Below the pieces are notes generated by a model. It was not told the DNA's origin, did no database searches, and worked only from the letters and a program-made list of their open reading frames with translations. Shown here piece by piece: positions 1-12,329 of a stretch of 64,000 nucleotides of DNA. Each line of letters opens with the position of its first letter. Within the stretch, counting starts at the first letter, position 1. A program made the position numbers and the translations under genes. The stretch is from Octopus vulgaris (Eukaryota), in assembly GCA_951406725.2 (NCBI GenBank), contig OX597814.1, positions 202,926,001-202,990,000 of the forward strand, written 5' to 3'.

Positions 1-1090
1 ATATTTTGTTTATATTTTCCCCCAAAACCACAATAACCTGCATCTAACCCAATAAACCAATTATAAACCTCTTCAAATAACATCAGCTGTATACAACTAT
101 ATCTTCAAGCACTAGTAGTGTATAGAACTTTGTATACATACATCTCCAAACTCATAGAGTAATTTATTTTGAAACAGAGTGGATTTTGTTTTATCAGGAA
201 AGAGGTTTTGGGGCCATGACATTTAGAGATCTTATTAATGATGGCAGTGTTTATTTTTAGTAAGCCTTGGACTTAGATAAGACGACATCACAGCAGCATT
301 CATAAGAACATGTAAAACTAAATTAACACAATTAATGAAATGTCAAGTTGCTTTGGATGCAATATTTGAATATCATCTCAGAGCTGCTCCTTTAAGGGCC
401 TCCATAATAGAATTCACATGATAATGTTTCTATAACAAGATTTGGCAGTTGGTATATGAGAAACATTATCTAACACACCGTAGAGCATATGAATTAATTC
501 ATTCTGTATATAAATAGTCTTGCTTGAAAACAGATTTGGCATTATAACATCAAAGTTGATTAAGACCGAATTGCATTAAAACCATGATCTTATGGTATTT
601 AGACTCCAGGGTTTTTTTTTTTCTGGAATTCTTATAGAACAAAGCTCTATATAATGTATTCTTGTAGAGAATTAACATTGTTAATATTCCATTGAGACTA
701 ACTTATCTGAAGAGAAAGGGACGCAGTGAGATGATTTGAAAGGTCAGAGAATACTCAGGTATCCCATTCTTATTTCTTAACTTCTTACATGAGAAATTTA
801 CTAATTGAAATCATCATCAACATCGTCATCACCATCTTCATTTAGTGTCCACTTTTCTATGCTTGCATGGGCCACACAGAATTTATTGTGGGAGGTTTTC
901 TACAATTGGGTGCTCTTCCTTTCAATATCCTCAGCTGTTCCCAAACATGTTGGCTAGACACTTTTTTTTTTTCATGGAAGATTGGAAACGAACAACCTTG
1001 TATGGTAATGATACACCTTTACAATAACCACATAGCATCAAGACAAGAGTAATATACACACACTCACATACCAAGGCACTATATATATAT

Positions 1091-1320
1091 ATTTCTTTAT
1101 TGCCCACAAGGAGCTAAACATAGAGGGGACAAACAAGGACAGACAAAGGGATTAAGTCGATTACATCGACCCCAGTGCAAAACTGGTACTTCATTTATTG
1201 ACCCCAAAAGAATGAAAGGCAAAGTCGACCTCGGCAGAATTTGAACTCAGAACGTAACGACAGAGGAAATACCGCTAAGTATTTCGCCCGGTGCGCTAAT
1301 GTGTCTGCTAGCTCGCCACC
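1091..1320 (-). mobile_element. tRNA-derived SINE, family A (core GGTCGACTTTGCCTTTCATCCTTTCGGGGTCGATAAATTAAGTACC; tail CCCCTTGTGGGCAATAAAGAAATA)
   Basis: Head with A-box-like GAGCTAGCAG and B-box GAGTTCAAATTC on the minus strand; many related copies in the window; imperfect TSD ccaaggcactatata / cctaggtactatata. Confidence 0.85.
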
Positions 1321-1719
1321 CTAGGTACTATATAGGTTACATATGCAGTAAGACTGAACCTGAGGCCATATGGTTAGGAAGCAAGCATCATAACCACACA
1401 GTCAAGCCTGCACTATTGGAAAGCTTTTACTTAATAAAAATCACTATCTCCACCTGAATATGTGCAAATATTCAGATAGTTAATCATCTGGAAAAATATC
1501 TGTAATAAACTTCAAGTGGTTCTCCTTTTGCAGTACAGTTACTTTACAAGTGACCAGAGGAGCACAAACATCCTTCATCTGGTATATATATATGTTCCTC
1601 TCCATTGTTTCCTGTAGTATTTTGAAATATAATCAATTTGTTTATTAGTTTCTCTTTCACTTGCATAGGCAGAACGCAGCTCCACTAATGTTGGTATCAC
1701 AGTGAAAGGTACCCAATAC

Positions 1720-2332
1720 AATAGATATAGGGGGTAGTGGATCAAGTGGAAACAATGCAAACCGACATCAAGGCAACACCAACATCCTCTCAACGATTAG
1801 CCAGAGATGATTTTTAAAATGAGAATATCCGAAATAAACTCAACTGCTCTTACAAATGAGAATACTAAAAATGAACCTGACCACTTTCAAAAGTTAAGTA
1901 AAAAAACAGGAAAAATAATCCAGAATTCTTGTCTGGTATTTGATCAATCCCAATGGTAGTCATGGAATGTGAAAGTGGCTGTAGAAAATTTAGCAACGAT
2001 AATAAATAGTTTATCCTTATCTAATACAAGCCAAAACTTAAATTCACTATTCAAAATAGTTACAGCCTAAAGGGAGATAATTGGGAAAGACTTGAAAGTT
2101 AACGTAATATCGTAATCATATAAAGTAAATATAACAAATAATCCAGAATCCTCGTCCAGTACTGGATCAATCCCAAAATCTAATCAGTTCATGCCAGTCA
2201 TGAGGCCAAACATCTCTGAAAGTTTCCACTAAGTTCAATCCGTGGTTCTTTAGATATCATGTCCATGGACAAACAAACAAACAAATGCTACTAAAAACAA
2301 TATTTCCACCTTCGCTAAGGCAGAGGTAATAA
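1720..2332 (+). mobile_element. Helentron/DINE-like non-autonomous element (HINE-type)
   Basis: Ends in an (ACAA)n microsatellite followed by a decayed stem-loop (tttccaccttcgctaaggcagaggtaat). Internal ~41-bp direct repeat aaataatccagaat...gatcaatcccaa at ~1913-1953 and ~2137-2176. 5' boundary uncertain. Confidence 0.5.
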
Positions 2333-2964
2333 ATCAACACTTTTTTTTTTTGCTATAAAACCTATTTTGTTGAAGAACCATTTCAGTTTGATTCAACCAA
2401 TATACCAACTTAATGAATATTCTTCCATGTTTTAAAAGTTATTCATTTTTATGTTATTATTGTTGTTGCCCTATTTTGATTTTAATCAAAAGTTTCTGCA
2501 AATGGAATTTAAGACTTATTCTAATGCAATTTAGTTTTGGCTCGGGCAATTGAATAGAAATAGACTTCAGGTTATTCATTAACTGTTGAAATACTTTGCC
2601 AACAAATCTTCATTAGAAACCGGGACCTTGAACCCTAGAATGATACAATCTAGAAGCTTACTTAACAGTGATTTAGAGTTACAAGGTTTAATTTTGATTT
2701 GGGTGACGGAGGGCATATTGCAATGAGAAATGATTAAAATGTTCCATTATATTGGTAAATTGGATTCCTCGCATTTAGTTAGGTGTTTCCAAATGTTCTA
2801 ATGACTGATCTAAAAAACATTTTTATACTCTTAAATTTAGGTTTATTGCTGATATACTTTCATAGATTTCCTCTTGAAATACCAAATCTGAAAAATTAAT
2901 AGAGAAATAAGTATTTCAATTAATAATGACTTATTGATGTGTATAATGGATAAATAAAATAATC

Positions 2965-3268
2965 TTTTATCTTTTACTTGTTTCAGTCATTAGGCAGCAG
3001 TAATTCAAATAAATCAACTTACCAAATACATTTTTTATTTTTAAGCTTGGTACAAACTGCTAAGTTACAGGAAATGTAAACACACACACACACACACACT
3101 CGTGTACATACATGATGGGCTTCTTTCAGTTTCCAAATCCACTCACAAAACTTTGGTCAGCCCAAGGCTTATAATAGAAGACACTTGCCCAAAGTGCATG
3201 CTGTAGGACTGAACCCAGTACCGTGTGGTTGGTAAGCAAACTTTTTACCCCACACTCATGCTTGCACC
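2965..3268 (-). mobile_element. tRNA-derived SINE, family C (internal (TG)/(TA) microsatellite, tail GACTGAAACAAGTAAAAGA), internally deleted
   Basis: Matches the copies at 34385-34775, 36675-37020 and 56590-56990; B-box GGTTCAGTCC followed by CTTTGGGCAAGTGTCTTCT. Confidence 0.8.
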
Positions 3269-3650
3269 TACATGAAAGTTGACCTTGAAGGGATTTGAAC
3301 TCTGAGCACAAATAGTTGTGATGCAATGAGGAGGTATTAATGCTTTAACGACCGAATCATTGTCTCTATTTTAACATCCATCTTTGCATGGATCAGAAGG
3401 AATAGACTGAGGCAGATTTTCTGTGGTCTGATGCCTTTCCTATCACCAATTCACTGTTTCCAAGTAAGGTCGTATTTATTCCTTGCCAGACATGTTCCCA
3501 TGGAAGATTAGAAATGAAATATATTGCTTGTATGATGGTGACATTTATTTACAGTTATCATACCATGTCAAGATAAGGGCACACACAACACACACAATGG
3601 GTTTCATGTGTGTGTGTGTATGTATATATATATATATATATGAAATATAT

Positions 3651-4110
3651 GTGAGACCATAACCCATGGCCTCAGTCCACTTATGCATTCCTTTCCTTCT
3701 TGGGACACAAAACTCTACTTGTGAAGACCTGTTGAGGCAAGTGAAAATCAAATCAAAATCAAAAATCAAAATCGATCAACATCAATGGAAATTGTAGCTG
3801 TGATACCAGTGCCGGTGGCACATAAGAGAACCATCCGAATGTGGCCGTTGCCAGCGCCGCCCCGACTGGCTTCCGTGTCGGTGGCACGTGGAAAGCGCCA
3901 TCCGATCGTGGCCGTTTGCCAGCCTCGTCTGGCACATAAAAAGCACCCACTACATTCATGGAGTGGTTGGCGTTAGGAAGGGCATCCAGCCGTAGAAACA
4001 TTGCCAGATCAGACTGGGCCTGGTGCAACCTTCTGGCTTCTCAGACCCCAGTTGCACCGTCCAACCCATGCCAGCATGGAAGGCGGACGCAAAACGATGA
4101 TGATGATGAT
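3651..4110 (+). mobile_element. Family D retroposon with (GAT)n tail and internal GC-rich repeat modules
   Basis: Conserved 3' block GTTGGCGTTAGGAAGGGCATCCAGC...CCAACCCATGCCAGCATGGA and (GAT)n tail; flanked on both sides by atatatatatatgaaatatat (TSD-like). Confidence 0.85.
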
Positions 4111-4574
4111 ATATATATATGAAATATATAGAAATGGTGTACTTTGACTGACTAAGGTGATGTAATCCAATGGTAGAAAGACTTCCACAAATTAGGGACT
4201 CCAAAGCCAGTCAGAAGAACAGGGGTCCATGTGAGCATGCGGTAAATAGTTAATTAAAGAAGAAAACAGAGAGAAGAAAGACAAGAAAAATACAATACGA
4301 GGACATAGTACATGCAAAGTATTAATGAGACACTCAGAGAAGCAAAGAAAGAGTGGTTGTTTTTATGTTTGGAGCTAAGCTTCTCCTTGGAAAAGAAGGA
4401 AAAAAGGAAGAAGGGGGGAAAAATCACCAATAGTCCATGTGTAGCTACATGGGAAGTCAAAAGAAAATGACCACTCTTTCTTTCCTTCTCTGAGTGTCTC
4501 ATTAATACTTTGCATATACTATGTCCTTACATTGTTGGGTTTTTTTTGTTGTCTTTTATTTATATATATATATA

Positions 4575-5123
4575 TAAAATCAAAATTAAACCAAACCAAA
4601 TCAAAATAGATGAACATCAATGGAATTTGTATCCTTGTGGTACCAGTGCCGGTGGCACATAAGAAAACCATCCGAACGTGGCCGTAGCCAGTACCGCATC
4701 GACTGGCCTCCGTAACAAACACCATCCGATCGTGGGCACGTAACACCTGTGTCGGTGGCAATAAAAAACACCATCCGAGCGTGGCCGTCTGCCAGCCTCG
4801 TCTGGCACCTGTGTCGGTGGCACATAAAAAACACCATCCGAGCGTGGCCGTCTGCCAGCCTCGTCTGGCACCTGTGTTGGTGGTACATAAAAAACACCAT
4901 CCGAGCGTGGCCGTCTGCCAACCTCGTCTGGCACCTGTGTTGGTGGCACATAAAATCACCCACTACACTCTCGGAGTGGTTGGCGTTAGGAAGGGCACCC
5001 AGCTGTAGAAACACTGCCAAATCTGACTGGCCTGGTGCAGCCTTCGGGCTTGCCAGACCCCAGTTGAACCGTCCAACCCATGCTAGCATGGAAAGCGGAC
5101 GTTAAACGATGATGATGATGATG
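4575..5123 (+). mobile_element. Family D retroposon with three near-identical ~62-bp internal tandem repeats
   Basis: Unit AAAAACACCATCCGAGCGTGGCCGTCTGCCAGCCTCGTCTGGCACCTGTGTCGGTGGCACAT occurs three times over ~4763-4951; (GAT)n tail. The repeated peptides in the ORF track come from this array. Confidence 0.88.
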
Positions 5124-5139
5124 ATATATATATATATAT

Positions 5140-5510
5140 ATCATCATTATCAACATTTAATGTCTGTTGTCCATGCTGGCATGGGTTGGACAATTTGTCT
5201 GTGGTGGGCAAGCTGGAAGGCTGCACCAGACTCCAGTCTGATTTGGCATGGTTTTTCGGCTGGATGCTTTTATGTGTCACTGGCACAGGTGTTACACCAG
5301 TATCTGCCTTGACTACAATTTTACTTGGCTTGGTGAGTCTTCTTCTCAAGCCAAGGTCTCGGTCATTCATCATTGCCTCCATGAGCCCCAATACTTGAAA
5401 GGAGCTTTTCACATGCCACTGGCATCAGCCACTTCCCCTCCGTAAGGCCCAATGCTCAAAAAGGTGCTTTTTACGAGCCACCAGCATTGGCCATGGCTAC
5501 GATTTCACTT
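5140..5510 (-). mobile_element. Older diverged family D copy, tail-to-tail with the previous one
   Basis: catcattatcaacatttaatgtctgttgtccatgctggcatgggttggac is the reverse complement of the family D 3' end. Confidence 0.75.
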
Positions 5511-6824
5511 ACATACGACAGGCATTTTTCACTTTCCATCAACCAAATCCACTCTGAAAGCTTTGGTCAAACTAGAGCTATAGTAGAAGACACCCAACGT
5601 GCCATGTGGTTGGGAAGTAAATTCTCAACCACACAGCTGCCACATCTATACACATTAAATTAAAGCTGAATCATATTTCCGTAACATGGCATGATTTAAG
5701 ACTGCAGGTCACGTGTATGTGTTTGTGTGTTGTAGTTTGCAATTGAATGAGTTTAATCGTAATCTAAAATTTATGTGACTTGTTTCATGTCTTCCCCATT
5801 ACTGCACTCTCTGTTAATTGATAAGAAATTCCTAATTAACCAGACATTTTAGTAAAAGTCATCCTCGTGTTGATAGTTAAAATATTCCAATGGCTTTTGT
5901 AACAGAAAATTTATCAGACTTTCAGAGAGACATTACGATGAATCTGTTTTTAAATATTAATATAAAAGTTCTCTGAGAGATTTTTACCATCAATGTTTTT
6001 TTTTTCATTTCATGCTTTGGGGGAGTAAAAATACATTATTTACTTTCAGTACTTAGTCATGATCTTGGTTGGCTTGTACAGTGGACAGTGAAATGTCCAC
6101 AATCATCTCAGCTTCAAGCATAGTCCCCTGCATCTTTGCAGGTAGTGCTAAGTTGCTTCAGTGCCATTCATTTCTGTAAAACTATGTCTAGTGTAATGAC
6201 CTTATTTGGACACAAGTTAGTGTTGGGAACAGGAAATGCATCCTGTCATAGAAAATCTGCCTCAATGAATTGTCTGAACTATGCATGGTAAACTCAATTT
6301 TAAGATGACGAGGGTTGGAGGGTGCATATGTGTGTGTGTTTGTTTACCAGATAAAATTCAGTGTTGATGCCCCTCTTATGTCAAATATATAACTTAGACA
6401 ATCAATGAATAGAGATTATTATTAAAATAAACAGACTGTACAAAAACTGGGGTGTGACAGAAAGCAATAAAAATATCAAAAATATTTTCTCTTTTATGAT
6501 GAATTTCTTGTAGCAAGTCTGAAAATGTTTTTATTCCATTTCTTTTTAGTAGATTGCAATTTTCTCTCTTGCAATAAACATCCATCTTCATTCAAATCTA
6601 TGTTATGTTCATCTTATTCTTCACTACACCTAAATCCTAACATGACTCTGCCTCTAAAATCCTCTTTTCAACACAGTCTGCCAGTTCAACAGAAAGAGGT
6701 CTCCAAACTGATTCCAATACAAATAGTCTATTAAATTTCTTTCTCTTGTTGTTGTTGTTGTTAACAGTTTGATAAAAAGGATATTGAATCAACTATATAG
6801 AAGTTTCCAGAAGCACTGAACTTA

Positions 6825-7009
6825 CATTTTGTTTTGAATGGATCCTACATTATCTCATATCTTCACGATTTCATTCATCTGATTGATTGTTTACTTTTAG
6901 AATGACATTGCAGGGTAGGTGTGAGAGGCCGACTCTGGCTGGTTTGAAAATTAAACAAGTAGAATATTTGGCCATTATTATGTAGCTGGTTTAAATGCTA
7001 AAAGGGTTA
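6825..7009. mobile_element. piggyBac-like MITE fragment (right end ATGCTAAAAGGG-TTAA)
   Basis: Homologous to the complete TTAA-flanked copy at 63041-63256. Confidence 0.65.
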
Positions 7010-7145
7010 AACAATTTATATTCTTTTCTTTTTTTTTTTTTTTTTACAAAATATGCAATTTTGATATCCTGAATATATATCTCAAATAAACATCTACCTT
7101 ATGCAGTTTCATCACAGTAATGACGACAAGGTTAAAGAGTATCAG

Positions 7146-7160
7146 ATAATAATAATAATA

Positions 7161-7200
<40 letters not shown>

Positions 7201-7352
7201 TAATAATGATAATAATAATAACAACAATAATAATAATAATAACAACAATAATAATAATAATAACAATAATAATAATAATAATAACAATAATAATAATAAC
7301 AATAATAATAATAATAATAATAAAAATGATAATGATGATGATAATAATAATA
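7146..7352. repeat. (AAT)n microsatellite with AAC/GAT variant units, ~205 bp
   Basis: Directly visible; it produces the poly-Ile and poly-Tyr ORFs. Confidence 0.97.
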
Positions 7353-7789
7353 GCAGAAAAGAATTAACTTCAATGAAAATTCTCGTATGTTTTTATTTGC
7401 AATTCAATATTATTGTATATTGATTCCAAAGAAATTATTTCCATCAAAAGCATACAGAAATGCTGAAAAAGTTAAAAACAATATTCCTGATATTTGATAT
7501 TATTGATTATGAAGTACCATCACCTTTAATGTTGCACGGTTACTCTGCTCTCTAAATTATATTAATGCAGTATATATTTCCTTTTTTTACCAACATTTAT
7601 ACTTTATACATCCGCATTAGAAAATGATATCAGTTTGATGTAAAGTTTCATATTAATATAATTTCCTTCAACTTTGCGATGTATACGTACATTTGAATTT
7701 ATGCAAATGTTGGTAATTAGCATAAAGTATAGTAATGGCTCAAAAATACTTATTCCCTTTGTGGAAGTATTTAATAACAAGGAATACTC

Positions 7790-8000
7790 ATATGCTGTGA
7801 TTGTTGTTTAACCCAAGGTGAACCCTAACTGAGCTGGTCAAAGGTATGGCTAGAGGCCTACCAGCTGATTTACTAACCCAAAAGTGACTACTGCCTGCTA
7901 TATCCATCTTTATGTAAGAAGAAAGGATGAGAGTTGAAGGAGATTTGGCTGCTATTTCTAGCAGACTGAAAGACCACAATGATGGTCTCTCGTTAGCTCA
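7790..8000. mobile_element. Diverged interspersed repeat (motif GGAGATTTGGCTGCTATTTCTAGCAG, (TTG)n end); relatives near 9700-9940, 19450-19870, 57480-57735
   Basis: Recurrent motif within the window; class not determined. Confidence 0.5.
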
Positions 8001-8282
8001 GTATCACACCTTTGTAGTTTCTATGACTGTTAATTAGCAAAATATCATACTTAACCTCTTTAACTGCATCTAGTTTATGTATTATTTTTTTTCTTGCAAA
8101 CAAACATAATTGTCAAATAATTCACAGATATTGATTTCTTTTTTTTTTTTATCCAGCCATTCCATCACACTACAGCCATATATTTTATAACTTAAGCTAT
8201 GTCGTTCAAATTTCTATCTTGTGACAACCGTGTTATTTTTAATGGTAGTTTTTTTATATGAATTTCATAAATACCACCATGC

Positions 8283-8321
<39 letters not shown>

Positions 8322-8331
<10 letters not shown>

Positions 8332-8531
8332 TTAGGGAATAAATCCAAATTTACAGGGAAAAAATCAGATTTAGGATTAAATCCAATTTTATAGTAAAAT
8401 ATTATATAATATTAATTAGAGACAAAACCACTATTTTGCAAAACAAACAAGGAAATTACTTTTTATTAAAATTTTATGTATTGATTAAGTCTTTCCTTGT
8501 TTGTTTTGCAAAATAGTGGTTTTGTCTCTAA

Positions 8532-8545
<14 letters not shown>
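8322..8545 (-). mobile_element. Penelope-like truncated insertion with terminal inversion, inside (TA)n
   Basis: Perfect ~52-bp inverted repeat (8404-8455 / 8492-8543) plus a one-sided extension; flanked by (TA)n; extension related to 41740-41790. Confidence 0.6.
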
Positions 8546-8566
<21 letters not shown>

Positions 8567-8664
8567 CCAGCCCACACATATGTATGTGTATGTATGTATG
8601 CATATATTTATTTATATATATATATTATGTGTATATATGTATATGTATATATATATATATCTTT

Positions 8665-8960
8665 GTGACACTCCATTGGTTATGACGATGAGGGTTCCAG
8701 TTGATCCAATCAACGGAACAGCCTGCTCATGAAATTAAAATGCAAGTGCCTGAGCACTCCACATACACGTGTACCCTTAATGTAGTTCTTGGAGAGATTC
8801 AGTGTGACACAGAGTGTGACAAGGCTGGCCCTTTGAAATACAGGTACAACAGAAACAGGAAGAAAGATTGAGAGAAAGTTGTGGTGAAAGAGTACAGCAG
8901 GGTTTGCCACCACCCCGTGCTGGGGCCTCGTGGAGCTTTAGGAGTTCTTGCTCAATAAAT
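8665..8960 (-). mobile_element. SINE family E fragment (tRNA head missing)
   Basis: Shares GTGGTGAAAGAGTACAGCAGGG...CCTCGTGGAGCTTTAGG with 61038-61100, and its body with 45620-45800. Confidence 0.7.
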
Positions 8961-11079
8961 ACTATGGCCAGATGCCCTTCCTACCACTGACCCTCACCTA
9001 TTTCCAAATTAGGTAATATTCCCTGTCTCATGACCCAAATTGTTTTCCACACAAAAAAAAAAAAAAAAAAACTTAAGAACATCACTTGTATGATCATAAT
9101 GCTCATTTACAACCATCACATGATGTTAAGACAAGGTTACATATAAGCACAAACACACATACACACACACTGGCTTATATGTGATGGGCTTCTTTTAATT
9201 TCCATCAACCAAATCCATTCACAAGGCATAGGTTGACTCAGGGCTATACAAGACACTTGTCCAGGGCATTGCACAGTGGGACTGAATCCAAGATCACATG
9301 ACTGGGAAACAAGCTTCTTACTTGGCCACAGCCACATCTGTGCCTTTCTCATAGCTAATTAACATGTAATATCTCATTATCATCATCATAAGACAGAATC
9401 GTTAACATGCCAGGCAAAATGCTTTGTGGTATTTTGTCCTTCTTTATTTTGTTGAGTTCAAATTCTATTGAAGTCGATTTTTGCCTTTCATCTTCTCAAG
9501 GTGAATAAGATGAGGACTGGGGCTGATGTTTTTGTCTTACCCCCTCCCGCAAAGTTGCTGGCCTTGTGCTAGAATTTGAAACCAATATTTCATTATCAAC
9601 ATTTCTTCATTTTTTAAAAAATTTTTTTTGTATTTAATCTTGCCAATTCTTACTTCAAAATTTCTTTACAAAAGTGTTATGTCAGGAGAACTTTCCATCT
9701 TTGTGTTACCTTGTAACTCGTGTTGACGTATCTCAGCAAGGGAGCTGATACAGAGTTGCACTATCTGTTTGAAACAGTAGTGGAATGTCCTTCAGATCAC
9801 ACCCTCCCTGCTTACAAAAGAAGAAAAGAAAAAAATGAAAGAAAGAAAGAGAGATATATAGAAATAATGGTCACTGCTAGGATGTGTTTGATCATTGGTC
9901 TGGTCAGGGCTGACCTGAGACCAAGCAGCAATAACAACAAACTACTGAAGATCTTACACATCTATTAAATATTACTTTATCCTTCTTCCTCTGCCTTTAT
10001 TACTATTATATCCTGCAGATATATCAAATATATCCCTTTCATATTCATAGAATCTCTTTATTGCCAGACTAAATCTTCTCATAATCAATAAAGCCATTTT
10101 TTTAGTGATAGCATTAAATTCCCACCCAAGTCTATCTTATTTCCTAGGTAACAGAATTTATCTACTTTTTTTCTCTTTTTCACAGTATTTGGTGGGCACT
10201 CTGCAAATATAAATAAAAATTTATTGTTGCCATTCTTAACAAAATGAAAGATTTAATATGAAACAGAAATAAATCACACATTTAGTATGATATAAACGCT
10301 TAACTGTTAGGAATATCTGCAGTAATTTCTCTCTCATGATGAATCCATTTACGAAAGAGGGTTTCTGGGATTCTGCAATCAATAGCTTTTATTGATGTTT
10401 CTAATTCTTTTTATTCTACCAGCCAGAACTATACAATGGACTAACCTACAAACTCATTAGAATATGAGCAAATAATATTCCTATTATTTCTTTATCACAC
10501 ACCAAACACAATACACTAAGCTATAAGTGAACAATGGTTCTGTTATAGCTTCTGCTATAGCTTCCACAACTTCTTTTCCTTTCCAGTAGTTAAGCACCCA
10601 ATTGTAAGTTAATCTCATTCATATTACCACGCTTACATCTAGTTTTGTTTAAGATGTTGGTATATCGCATATAACTCACTGTTGGTGGATTTGAACTCTG
10701 CCCTGCAATCCAGCAATCAGTTGTTAATTCTTTAGTGTTGCTGTTCTCATTTGAGCAATCGATTTAAAAATTTATGGATATTTGTTTTGGCCCAGCAGAG
10801 GACAATACAGTGACAATGATAGTAACAAGGTGTGGGCCACAGACTCATTGATTTGCTTACCCTCTTCCTTATCATGATCATTTAACATGCATTTTGCATA
10901 CCAGCATGGGTTGGATTGTTTGGCAGGATCTGATGAGCCAGAGGACTGTGATAGGCTCCACTCTCTGCTTTGGTATGGCCTCTACCTATTTCAATACCAT
11001 GCCTCTCTCGTGATCAAAGAGTCTTGCCTTCTGAGTTTCTTGGTGAACTCAATAATGCCAGTGATTCAAAAATATCCTG

Positions 11080-11217
11080 TAAAATGATTGGGGTTAGAGT
11101 GATACTGGAATGGACATAGCCAATCTGAAAGAAGTGGCCCAGGATAGAACTGACTGGAGGACACTGATCCGAGTGACCGAGAGTCGACTTCGACTGAGCG
11201 GATAGAGAGAGAGAGAG
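11080..11217 (+). mobile_element. RTE-clade LINE extreme 3' end, decayed
   Basis: Translates MDIANLKEVAQDRTDWRTLIRVTESRLRLSG*, resembling the RTE/BovB C-terminus, followed by a (GA)n tail. Confidence 0.7.
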
Positions 11218-12329
11218 TAGCATGTCTTCCTGCTTTTTACGTTCCGAGTTCAAACTCTGCTGTGGTCAGCTTTACCTTTCATCCTTTCGGGTTGAATAAA
11301 ATAAATAAATAAATACCAGTCAAGTACTGGGGTGGATGTAATTGACTAACCCCCATACCCTTAAAACAGACATTGGAGCTCAACACAGCCCTCTGACTTG
11401 TCAGATCCTGTCAAACTGTCCATCCCATGTCATCATAGAATATGGACACTAAATTATCATTATTATTATTATTATGATCTCCAATCATAATATTGGTGTT
11501 AGATATTACACAACTATTATAATATCTGTATATTGTGTATATTATGCTATCCCTCTATCCAGTTCCAAAACCTATTTATTCCAGTACTTTTCGGGTGATC
11601 TTTAAATACAAACAAAACTCATCACTGAAGTAGAATTTTACTGCTTTTGGACATGAGAAACAGCTTCTCGGGGAAAAACATTGAATAAAAAGAAATAATG
11701 GAAACACTGAAGCAGCAAATATATAAATATTTATAGAGTAACTTACGGAATTATATTCTCTTATTTCAATATCCAGTTACCCTTTATAGCTGTGTTTATA
11801 TTTCTTTGATATAAGAAACGGAATGAACACAGTTCTAATTTCATTGTTGCGATTCATTTTTGAATCATAAACTATCAGCTCTCGTCAATAGAATAATAAT
11901 TTAATTGTTTATGGTGTTGCTTTTTACCTTTGTTCTTTTATAATTGTAAACCTCCAAACTGATGATTGAGTGTCATGAAATGTATGGTTTACCTGATTTC
12001 ACTCTATAAATAGTTATGTAATTTGAAGGTTTTTATAGAAACACCCAACGAATTGGCTTCATTGTCCACACTTAACACCATCTAACTGCTTTTCATCTTG
12101 ACCTCTATTTATTTTCTGAATGTATATTTTACATAATATAAATCATTTACGCTCTATCTCACTTTTTTTCCCCCCTATCAATTATTCAGATAATATTTTT
12201 CTGATACAATATCTTTATAACCATGCCATCAGAATAAGAGAATTTTCAAACTCCTGCTTATCATTATTATATTTTTTTATTGCTGTTGTTATCATTGTTG
12301 TTATTTATTATGATTATTATTATTATTTG

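Noticed and set aside
700-750. CTGAAGA...GAAA hammerhead-like spacing
   Set aside because: No convincing stem I or stem II pairing.
1520-1590. Short AG...GT exon candidate (similar candidate at ~35856-35911)
   Set aside because: Unrecognisable peptides and no supporting neighbouring exons; expected by chance.
4519-5105. Overlapping 110-162 aa ORFs with repeated peptides; repeat array superficially CRISPR-like
   Set aside because: They arise from contiguous tandem units inside a family D retroposon; there are no unique spacers and no cas genes, and the context is eukaryotic.
7101-7373. Poly-Ile / poly-Tyr ORFs
   Set aside because: Translation of the (AAT)n microsatellite.
10335-10385. Box C-like ATGATGA suggesting a C/D snoRNA
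   Set aside because: No box D (CTGA) at a suitable distance and no terminal stem.
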